The notes beneath the pieces were generated by a model. The model was not told the DNA's origin. It saw nothing but the letters and a program-made list of their open reading frames with translations, and searched no databases. Shown piece by piece: positions 53,801 through 64,000 of a stretch of DNA of 64,000 bases (its first letter is position 1; every line of letters begins with the position of its first letter). Made by a program: the position numbers and the translations under genes. Origin of the DNA: Octopus vulgaris (lineage: Eukaryota); NCBI GenBank assembly GCA_951406725.2, contig OX597837.1, positions 12,400,001 to 12,464,000 on the forward strand, given 5' to 3'.

Positions 53801-54964
53801 ATTCAAAAATACAGACCGCAACTCAACATAATCTAACATACCCTCAGGTACACATCCAAAATAAACACACACAGAAACACATACAGATATACAAAATCAC
53901 ACACAAAAACAAAAAACAATGCAAACCTCCGACACACAAAAACAATCTAACACATAAGCATATACACATACATATGCACCCTCATACACACATACGGTTG
54001 CTCATACACACACACATAGGGACGTGCACAGAGACACACACACTCACACCATTCTGACTTTAAAGACCAGTCTCAAAAACCATTGAACCATGACAGACTG
54101 GCCCAGAAACAAAAAATCCTTTTAATTCAACATTGCTTTTCCTTCCTCCCACCCCAACCAAACTCCCACACTGTCCCTTAAAAGAGCAAACAATCCTTAG
54201 CTACTCACGAGATAAAACATGCCAGAAAGACAGGTTGCTTCTTCTCGAATTCTTTATAAACTCTTAAATATATCTCCTTCTGTGTATATATGTACTACCA
54301 AACAAACAAACATGATTTTCACTGAACTCCTAATACTTTTTCTGTGTATGTAAATATATACAACCAAATAAACATGATTTTTATTGAACTCCTAATACGT
54401 TTTGTTGAATATTTTCTTAAATACTTTCTTGTAAACTGCTTTTAACATTTTCTTATTATTATCAAAGAATGTATATATGTATTTTAATACTTTTGTGGCA
54501 ACCAGTACTTAACACAACAAAGTTTATACAAGTCTTGCTGTGCATTTCCACCAACAATTCACAAAAGGTTGAGGCTTAAATCATTTTCTGAAATATACCG
54601 ACAGGCTGAACCAGATCTTCCAAACACATACCATCACAAAGGACAAATGATATTCCAAATCAATGAAAAATTGTAACAAATGTCAAACGTCGCATAATAA
54701 CAAGAGGACAGACACTAAAAGAACCAAATGTTGTATACCTGACAGAAAGATCCGCTCCCAACAGTAGCAAATTTTCACAATGAGAAGTAGCCTTCTCTAT
54801 GCATATGAAAATTTAATGTATAGAATTACATGGTCAGAATGCCGAAGCACCTGCATTGCTAGAAATAAGAGTTAAAATACTCACTCAAAATAAGAGTTAA
54901 AATACTCACTCAAAATAAGAGTATATGTATATTTTATATATTTTAATAAATTGTATTCAAGACA

Positions 54965-55043
54965 AATTCTACTGATGACCTATGGATATGTTATGTAAGT
55001 AAAATTGCATAATACATTAATAGCGAAACAATTGTCTTGAGTT
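54965..55043 (+). ncRNA. Type I hammerhead ribozyme (slightly degenerate; family of 41632-41712)
   Basis: aauucua-CUGAUGA-ccua..uagc-GAAA-caauu-GUC-uugaguu; loop II shares UGUAAGUAAAAUU.CAU with the 41.6 kb copy. Confidence 0.68.
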
Positions 55044-56084
55044 AATCTACATTTTTGTTATTTTTCATTTGCCCTGCTCGTTTACGTGAAATGTTGTGCT
55101 GATTCTCCTTGGAAACAATTTTTTAGTGGTTGATACCATAGCGGATCTATTCTTAGCGCAAGAGTCGACCATATAGTGGTCACTCTCTTATATTTGTGTA
55201 TATTTTATAAATATTTAGCAGAAGTAACCGAATGACTCATGATGCGAGAGTTTCGTGCGTTGACTCTTAGCAAAATAGTCACGTGTCGAAGTCTGTGAGT
55301 TTATATAGATAGGTCGGTTGGTCGGTCGCTAGGTAGGTAGGTAGTTTCCGTACATTCGTAGCTAGCTTGCTAGCGAGAAAATATTTGCGTAAAAGAATAT
55401 GTTGCTTCTTCATTGCAAACGTTGGTTACGGTAAGTCCATAACAACTATTTGGATTTGACAATATATGAACTAAACACTATTTGATATTTATATTATGGT
55501 TATGTGGCATGTGATAATAACCATTTGAACTCAATATTTACGTATAGTTTACGTATGATAATATATCACATTAAAGTGGCGAGCAGGCAGAATCGTCAGC
55601 AACTTTTTCGTCCATCTTTACGCTCTGAAGGCGGCGGCCACCGCGGGGCTGCCGGCGGCTTTGACGGAAGAATGAAAGAAGCCCGGGCAAAAAGCGGGAG
55701 TAACTCCGACTCTCGCTAGAGTAGCAAGTAGTCAGTCGGTCAGTCGTACTAGTTGGAAGCAGCTACGATCGAGAGCACGAGTGTGTGTGTCCGTATGTTA
55801 TTGATGAGGCGGGGTTAAATTTGGGTTTTATCCCCTCGGGGTAGATAAAGCACAATATGGCTGTACTGTACTGGGGTCGATGTATTGGGCTTTCTCTGTC
55901 TAGCCTTGTGTCTAATTTTCAAAGAATTATCTCAGAAGCTTCTTGTAAATTTTTATTAGTTTTTGTTTTTGTTACTGGTATCGTAATCGTGACCATGCCA
56001 ATGAAGAAGTATTCAACAATGAAATTGAACATTATTTACATTATTTACATTCGACGGATATTTGTCCTCATCTTGTTTGTTGTT

Positions 56085-56130
56085 AACACAACGTTTCGGG
56101 TGATATACCCTCCAGCCTTCATCAGGAGTC
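56085..56130 (-). ncRNA. Minimal hammerhead, mirror copy (degenerate)
   Basis: gacuc-CUGAUGAA-ggcug..caccc-GAAA-c-GUU-guguu. Confidence 0.55.
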
Positions 56131-56319
56131 ATGGGGAAATTTCGAACCTGGGATCTCATTCGTAAGGTATTTTTCGATGTTATGGCCTAGTGGTTAAGAG
56201 CGCCGGCTACTAACCTCAAGATTCCGATTTCGATTCCAGGCAGTGACATGAACAACAACAACAACAACAACATCGAAAAATACCTTAAGAATGAGAACCC
56301 AGGTTCGAAATTTCCCAAT

Positions 56320-56365
56320 GACACCTGATGAAGGCTGGATGGTATCTCAGCCGAAACGTTGTGTT
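56320..56365 (+). ncRNA. Minimal type I hammerhead (extra A after the core)
   Basis: gacac-CUGAUGAA-ggcug-gaugguaucu-cagcc-GAAA-c-GUU-guguu. Confidence 0.72.
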
Positions 56366-56413
56366 AACAACAAACAAGATGAGGACAAATATTCATCAAA
56401 TATAAATAATGTA

Positions 56414-56496
56414 CATTTATCAAAATTTATCTCTGGCATAATGAAATTAAAATATATTTCACAGTCACACACGTCTCAGGTTTCCTTTGTGGTTCA

Positions 56497-56550
<54 letters not shown>

Positions 56551-56723
56551 TTTTTTAATTTGGTTTGCAAGATTCTTTATGTGAGTTCGTGTGTTGAAGC
56601 CTATTCTGTTGTATTTGGGGAGAGTCATTTTCTTTTTTTGCCTTATAATTTAGCACATTCACCGGTAAAATTTCCACTTATTTCTTATTTTTATTTTCCT
56701 AAAAATTTCGTTGCGTCTTGCAA
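56414..56723 (-). repeat. Inverted copy of 35624-35917 (PLE terminus + (TA)n + Tc1 end)
   Basis: Reverse-complement match across both TE junctions. Confidence 0.85.
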
Positions 56724-56729
56724 AGTGAG

Positions 56730-57728
56730 ATAGTACGAAATCAGCCAGATTCCCACATAATGGTAGAGCAATGACTTGTCCAATTGAATGGGCAGACGAC
56801 ATTAAACCGTTGGATGTGATTTCAATTTTTAGTGCTTCGTTCATATACAGAGGAAGTAATACCTGTAAAGATGTTTGCATCCACTTGTAAGCGAACATAG
56901 CGAAGTTAATTGCCCAAACTGCAGGTGAAGAAAATAATGTTTTCCATGGTACATTCTTAATTGCCTTTTTGTTTGTTATAGATGTATTTAGATAAGAAGT
57001 TCTTCGTCGGTGATTGTCGGGTGGGTGTCCGGATTATCATAAACAAAATAACACCATACACAGCTAAACGCCAGCGATAAACTACCAAATACATAAAATA
57101 TGGAACCCCATCCATTATCAAAGCCATAAACACAAAGGTAACCTGATACTGAATGGCCTATGAAGGTACCTAGAAATTGACCAGCAAATGAAAACCCAAT
57201 CAGTGAACCAATTTCCTGTGGCGGTCCCCAACGTCTAAATATTGAATGAATTGCTGGGTATATAGGTCCAGATACCATACCTGTTAAAATTCTAAGAACA
57301 AGCGTAATGTAACCACTAATTCGAGATAAACTTGGGTGAAGAACAGACAGAATAGAGGCTAAGATTAGTGAACCCGCCACAACTCTTTTCCCCCCGTATT
57401 TATCAGCCAAGAAACCACCCACAATATTAGACATAATATATCCATAAAAGTACCCGGCCAACATGTTCGATTGTAATGTGGCACTCCATTCGAATTCTCC
57501 TTCAAAATTTTGATTCATTGAATAATTATCTGAACCGGAACAGTGTTGGTTGTTTACAGAAATGTTAACTTCCTCAGTTGTACGATTGGGCGTTTTCAAC
57601 ATACAAACAAAAGCCATACTTAGATCGACTTTGAATGTTTGTATGAGTATAGAAGCAAAAAAACAAGCATAACACAATCTCCACCGACAGGAACAATAAC
57701 GCTTCGTATACTCGATAAACTTAGACAT
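56730..57728 (-). pseudogene. SLC17/sialin-like copy 5; 1-bp deletion at ~56997 and loss of the 3' third
   Basis: ATG 57728 (MSKFIEY). GAAGAACTT-CTTATCTAA lacks a T relative to the paralogs. The second frame continues to ..LCGNLADFV and then breaks into repeat sequence. Confidence 0.9.
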
Positions 57729-57850
57729 TTTTATGGTATGACTTCTGGTTCTCACAATGTATTACTTGGAACTGAATGTTTGTACATATATTTATCCACG
57801 ATAGATGTAACATAAATATGTGAACAATACCAACATTTCCAGTTCCTAAT

Positions 57851-58047
57851 GCGACGAGCTGGCAGAGACGTTAGGACGCCGAGCGAAATGCTTAGCGGTA
57901 TTTTGTCTGTCTTTACGTCCTGAGTTCAAATTCCATCAAAGTCAACTTTGCCTTTCATCCTTTCGGGGTCGATAAATTAACTGGGGTCGATATAATCGAC
58001 TGGCACCCTCTCCCAAAATTTCGGGCCTTGTGCCTAGAGTAGAAATG
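57851..58047 (+). mobile_element. SINE family C
   Basis: GCGACGAGCTGGCAGA..GAGTTCAAATTCC..GCCTTTCATCCTTTCGGGGTCGATAAA; a fragment also occurs at ~55576-55885. Confidence 0.7.
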
Positions 58048-58479
58048 AATATATCCAATTCCTTCTGTTTACGGTAAATATGAAATTCCACATATATTTA
58101 AAACACCTTTAAATGACTCTTCTAATCAACTGCTCATCGAAAGATGTTGCTTCAAATCCATATTATTCGTTGATATGTTTAATTGTATCTTATATTTGTT
58201 CTGCATATTTTTTTGGTGGTGTTTGCAAGAAATTTTCTATTCCAGGTTGTATCATTACAGGTAATCCACTCCTTGTAGCAGGAATTGAGAGTCCACGTGT
58301 AGGAAATATTAGCACAGTAACAAATGCTGAGAATTTAAGTTCTTTGAGTGTTTGTTTACGCTTCTTTATGCTCTTAGTTCTGGAAAGAATTCCTCGATCG
58401 TACATTCGTGGAAATGTGTGACCTGTACGAATATAAAGAATCAATATTAATTTATATATCTATATATATATTAGCACTT

Positions 58480-58567
<88 letters not shown>

Positions 58568-58570
<3 letters not shown>

Positions 58571-59011
58571 AGAAAAAAGCAACAAGAATGGTTCAGTACA
58601 ATTGTTTCATACGAAGAACAGCTTATTAAAAGCTGCAAATATTGCAGCAAACTATGCATCATTAGATAACTTTTCAAGTCTGTTTACAATCTAACTTTGC
58701 TTTTCATAGAACTCTCTTCGATACTTCATGAGTGTAGCCTCACCCCCTAGGATGTTTGGAAAACTCATATGTGTTTTGGCTGATGAATACGGGACACTTG
58801 TATCTGCTGCTATATTTGCAGCTTTTAATAAAGCTGTTCTTCGTATGAAACAATTGTACTGAACAACTAATCCATTCTTGTTGCTTTTTTCTTGTTTATA
58901 ATCACCCCACATTATTTTATGGTTAATACCATATAGATTTCTGGTGCCTCTAAGTTAAGTACCGCATTCATGTGAATTCATTGGAACTCATTTGAATCTT
59001 AATTGTTTTTA

Positions 59012-59015
<4 letters not shown>
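58568..59015. repeat. Fold-back HHR element in (TA)n (arms 58568-58659 / 58805-58897)
   Basis: Reverse-complement arms; flanked on both sides by (TA)n. Confidence 0.82.
58772..58865 (+). ncRNA. Type I hammerhead ribozyme, canonical core
   Basis: uguuuugg-CUGAUGA-auacg..cguau-GAAA-caauu-GUA-cugaaca. Confidence 0.82.
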
Positions 59016-59104
<89 letters not shown>

Positions 59105-59447
59105 GCAAATAAAAGCATGCGTCCTCACGCACATCCACAAAGGGGTTAAACGCGTTAGGGAAAGAACACAAATTTATTATGCAAACATATGTTCGCGCTA
59201 ACAGATGCATCCACGCACGTATCTGCATTCATAAATGCACAACATGTGGTCTCACCTAAAGCAATGAATGTTATTTCATCATTTATAAAAGTGAACATGA
59301 AATGACACATTTGATAATGGCACTATGTGAACAATGTACTTGGTTGTATAATTTCATCCAGTATATACTACCAGAAATCCTATATCACAAGGTAGATCAC
59401 ATTAGGTATATAAAGTATGTGGCTCCAATGAGAACATAAGAACTTCT

Positions 59448-59574
<127 letters not shown>

Positions 59575-59593
59575 AACATATATATATATATAT

Positions 59594-60098
59594 GTAAACA
59601 AAGTCAAATACGATACAATAAAATAAATTATTATCGCTGGTGTTCTAGGACACGCCATATATTATTCATATATAAGTACATTAAAAGGCGAAGTGTGTAC
59701 TAGATACACAAAAGCTGGATAAATTTAATGAGATGAAAATTAAAAACTTTTACAAACTTAGTTCTTCTTAGACTGCAGTTTCGCCTATTTCAGCAATAAA
59801 AATAATATTTATTTACTCAGGTAGGCTCTTCAGTAAGATTCCTGTTATTATGGGAAGCGCACATTAATAGAGGCACATGCGTCTATTAAATTGCTCTTTC
59901 TAAACTATTCAAATCACTGCGCAGACTCAGAACGTACCCGACAAAATAGGGTTTTCTGGTATATCGTCTAACGCTCAAAAATTTATCGAGAAAATACGTA
60001 AACAAAGTCAAATGCGATACAATAAAATAAATTATTATCGCTGGTGTTCTAGGACACGCCATATATTATTCATATATAAGTACATTAAAAGGCGAAGT
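59594..60098 (-). mobile_element. Retrozyme-like non-coding element: 404 bp unit + 101 bp direct repeat, one HHR, in (TA)n
   Basis: 59594-59694 is repeated at 59998-60098; HHR at 59766-59838. Confidence 0.8.
59766..59838 (-). ncRNA. Type I hammerhead ribozyme, canonical core, fully paired helices
   Basis: ucuua-CUGAAGA-gccua..uaggc-GAAA-cugca-GUC-uaaga; palindromic ACUGCAGU. Confidence 0.88.
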
Positions 60099-60363
60099 AT
60101 ATATATATATATATATACATATTATATTAAATTAGAGACAAAACCACTATTATGCAAATCAAACAAAGAAAGACTTAAGCCAATACATAAAATAATTTAT
60201 ATAAATTAAATTTAATTAAAATAACCACTACGAATTTAATATAATATAATATTTTACTATAAAATTGGATTCAATCCTAAATCTGATTTTTCCCTGTAAA
60301 TTTGGATTTATTCCCTAATATTTATTATTATATATATACATACATATATAAATATATATATAA

Positions 60364-60401
<38 letters not shown>

Positions 60402-60516
60402 CGTGTGTGTGTATGTATGTTATGCGTGTATATCTATATGACTATGTGAATATATTCATATGTGTGTGTACGTGCGTGTATGTGTGCGTGTGTATGTGTG
60501 CATGTATATGTATATA

Positions 60517-61652
60517 TTGGGTTGGCAACTGAGTTCCCGCCGTTTTTTCAATTTTGGAATTTATTGCGTTTTTAAATTTTGGAATCCATTTTTTTTCGAG
60601 AATTATATTTTTGAATTATTTTTCTAGTTAATTTTAGTTAAATGTTTTCAGATCATTAAAATGGAATGTGAAGTTAAGAAAAACGAGCATTTTCGACACC
60701 TCCTTTTTTTGCTTTTAATCAAGGTTCTAATGCCGCAAAAACTGCTCGCGACATTTGTGCTGTGCATGGAGGGGTTCCATAGCTGAAAGAACCGCTCGTG
60801 ATTGGTATGCCATGTTCAAAAATGGAAAACGCACCTCGTTCTGACCGTCCACTCGAGTTCGATGAAGAGCGATTAAACCAACTTTTGCACGAAAATTCTC
60901 GTCAAACGATAAGGGAACTGGCAGAGAAAATGGTATGCTCCCACACTGCTATAGAAAGGCATCTTCACTCGATGGGAAAAGTTCCGAAGTATGGAGCATG
61001 GGTTCCGCATGCTTTAAGTGACAACAACAAAAATCAACGAGCCACAATCTCCGCTGGATTGCTGGATTGCTCATGGACACAAGAAACAAGATTTCTTTAC
61101 CGAATCGTTACTGGCGATGAAAAATGGTGTCTGTACATCAATATGAAGCAGCATGAGGAATGGCTTAGCCCCGGTAAACAAGCGACACCGCGCATGAAAC
61201 AAGATCTTCATCCGCGTAAAACGATGTTGTGCGTATGGTGGGACTGGGAAGGGATTATCCATTATGAGTTGCTTGAACGGAAGCAAACGGTCAACGTGGA
61301 ACTCTATGTTCAACAGATGGAGCGACTCAACACGGCTATTCAAGAGAAAAGACCTAATCGTCAGCATGGAGTTCTTCTGCTGCACGACAACGCCCGCCCT
61401 CATATCGCCTATATGACCAAGGAAGCCTTTCAAACGCATGGCTGGGAAGTGCTGCCACATCCGCCGTACTCTCCTGATTTGGCACCAAAAGATTACTGCC
61501 TCTTTCGGTCTCTTTCAAATGCTGTGCGCGGAGTTTCGTTCAATATTGATGCAGAATTGAGAGCTTGTGTGGATCAATTTTTCTAGTCGATCGGGTGATT
61601 TCTACCAACGAGGTATTGAAAATCCGGTTGAACGTTGGAAAGAAGTTGTATA
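60517..61652 (+). mobile_element. Mariner (DD34D) transposon relic; transposase ~60661-61650 with frameshifts, 3' TIR lost
   Basis: TA|TTGGGTTGGCAAC terminus; WVPHAL, IVTGDEKW, LHDNARPH, HPPYSPDLAPKDY. Confidence 0.92.
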
Positions 61653-61654
61653 AT

Positions 61655-62146
<492 letters not shown>

Positions 62147-64000
62147 GTGACATTAAGCACATGAAATTTGAAAGTTTGATTCAGTTATGAACAAAGAAAT
62201 AGACCTTCACCTCGGCGCTGGACCTCTGAGTTATTCAATTCTAATGGATAAAGTACTTGCGTCCAAACTTTCACAACTGGTACGACTGTACGAATTCTTT
62301 TTGGTGGAGTATTTTGCCTCTTTAATATTTGAAATGCAAAATGAAAAGGAAAACTCATTTCTATTCGTTTCTTGTTTTCAGTCTCATCTTTTTTGATATT
62401 TTCTTAGGGGGCATTTTTTCTTAAGAATGTTCGAAATTCCACAACTAATAAGTAGTTTTGAAATTTCAAACACCGTGTCATATAATGTTATGTAATATAA
62501 CATACACGCTCACATATCCACAGACACACATCCACACACGCAAAGACACACACACAAACTCACAAACACACACACACACACACACTCATATGAAGGACAA
62601 CAACAACAAGCAGCTTATTTTCATTAGTGATAATAGATCCTTTTATTACTGATACCAAAGCATTTACAAACGCTCAAGAAGACATTATACAGAGCATGCA
62701 ACATATATTTGTAAGTCGAACACGTTTTTATTCTACTCTATGATCTTATATGGTTTCCTTTCGTCCACTGCCAAAGGGGTGGGCGTCATTATGGAATACA
62801 ATCCTATTAATTTGCGAAGACCTTTGAGCCAGAACAGCGATGTTATACTATTAATAATTGGACATGCTCTAATTAGCATACAAATTAAAGACAAGATGAA
62901 TAGATAATTATGTAAAGACGCAACGAAATGAAAAACTAGGTAATTAATGAAAATTATACTAAAGATGTAGGACAACTCATTGAGTGATAGGTGCGTCGCC
63001 CCCAGATAATTTTGAGTCGGAACATTCTCCAAAATATGTCTCTTGCACACCATTAATCCGTCAAAGCCGAAGGCAGCCATGAGAATTTTTTCATATCGGA
63101 CTAAACAAATAATCACACGTACCCTAGAAAAAATTAAGGATTCGCATTGTATCGAATGCTTGTGTGGATATATTAAATATAACACAGAATAAATAATTTA
63201 TTTATTGAAAATATATCCGCTCCTAGGACAATCATTTGGTGGTAATTCGGATGAAGTTCAAACGGAGAGCGGAGATAATCTCAAGAATTAAGATTTCTTC
63301 AAAACTGTCATGATTTTAATACGAAAATGATCTGATTGTCTGGAAACAAAAAGTGTTGTGGAGATCTGAACCTCAATAGCACAACGGTTACATAGGCTTG
63401 TCTGTAACAAAGACAATTAGTATTGAGACCCACAGAATGTAGGTTATGAAAAGATTAAGACCTTAGATGTTGGAGTACATAAAACGTAGTGTTAATAGCA
63501 ACGTTTTACGCTGGCTAAAGGCGGGTATTTCAGAAAAAGTCGAATAAGGGTACATTAATTGCCATATAATACGCATTCTTGATATAAGGAAATTAGATCA
63601 GTTTCCGACGCTTGGTGAGTTCAGATTGAAATGTGAGATAACAGCGAGAATCAAGCGTTCTTTACACTTGACATGATATCAAAAATGGGTGCGTGTCGTA
63701 GTATGGGCAGAAAAGGTTAGCTGACTATCCGTGTTTCTATATATGTCAAAGACAAGGCCAGGAAATACCGAGACGATCATGTCTATTGACGACAATCTAG
63801 CAGGTAATATGTTCGACACTCTAATTGAAATGTTAACTCGGAAATATTATTAAACATATTAATTGTATCCGTATCGTTCGGATTAACAGCCGATCGAGAT
63901 TCTTCCGAAAGTGTCCAAATCTTTTCGAGTGCATCCAACGTATCTCAGCTCCAAAGATTTGGCTGCTATTTCTAGCACGCCCTGCTACCACGTAACAACT

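Larger units (their letters stand above)
56030..56415. repeat. Fold-back element: HHR-bearing arms enclosing a tRNA-like head (56183-56247) and (AAC)n
   Basis: Arms ~56030-56180 / 56268-56415; loop TGGCCTAGTGGTTAAGAGCGCCGGCTACTAAC..GATTTCGATTCC. Confidence 0.8.

Noticed and set aside
62733-63185. 150-aa minus-strand ORF
   Set aside because: Non-ATG start and no recognisable domain; cannot be supported as a gene.

Overview
AT-rich, microsatellite-saturated animal genomic DNA. The intronless sialin-like cluster and the SINE repertoire suggest an octopus or other cephalopod (inference). The only host genes are five paralogous intronless SLC17/sialin-like MFS transporter loci. Three are intact (688-2151 +, 6639-8102 -, 15474-16937 -), one has a single frameshift (51768-53232 +), and one is frameshifted and 3'-truncated (56730-57728 -). 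Copies 2 and 3 come from a recent 8-10 kb tandem duplication with a HERO-LINE 3' end at the junction. The rest is transposable-element debris: a near-complete Neptune-type Penelope-like element (PLE; RT + GIY-YIG), further PLE fragments, Tc1 and mariner relics, CR1/L2, R4/Dong and HERO LINE pieces, tRNA-derived SINEs, and a mutated tRNA-Asp. The most striking hidden signal is about 15 type-I hammerhead ribozyme (HHR) motifs from several sequence families. Most have a palindromic helix III and sit in small non-coding elements inserted in (TA)n arrays, either as ~1.2-mer direct repeats (periods 404 and 535 bp, retrozyme-like) or as long fold-back palindromes. Several carry recurrent non-canonical cores (UUGANAA, CUGUNGAA, GCAA). 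All calls were made by eye; no searches or folding programs were run.
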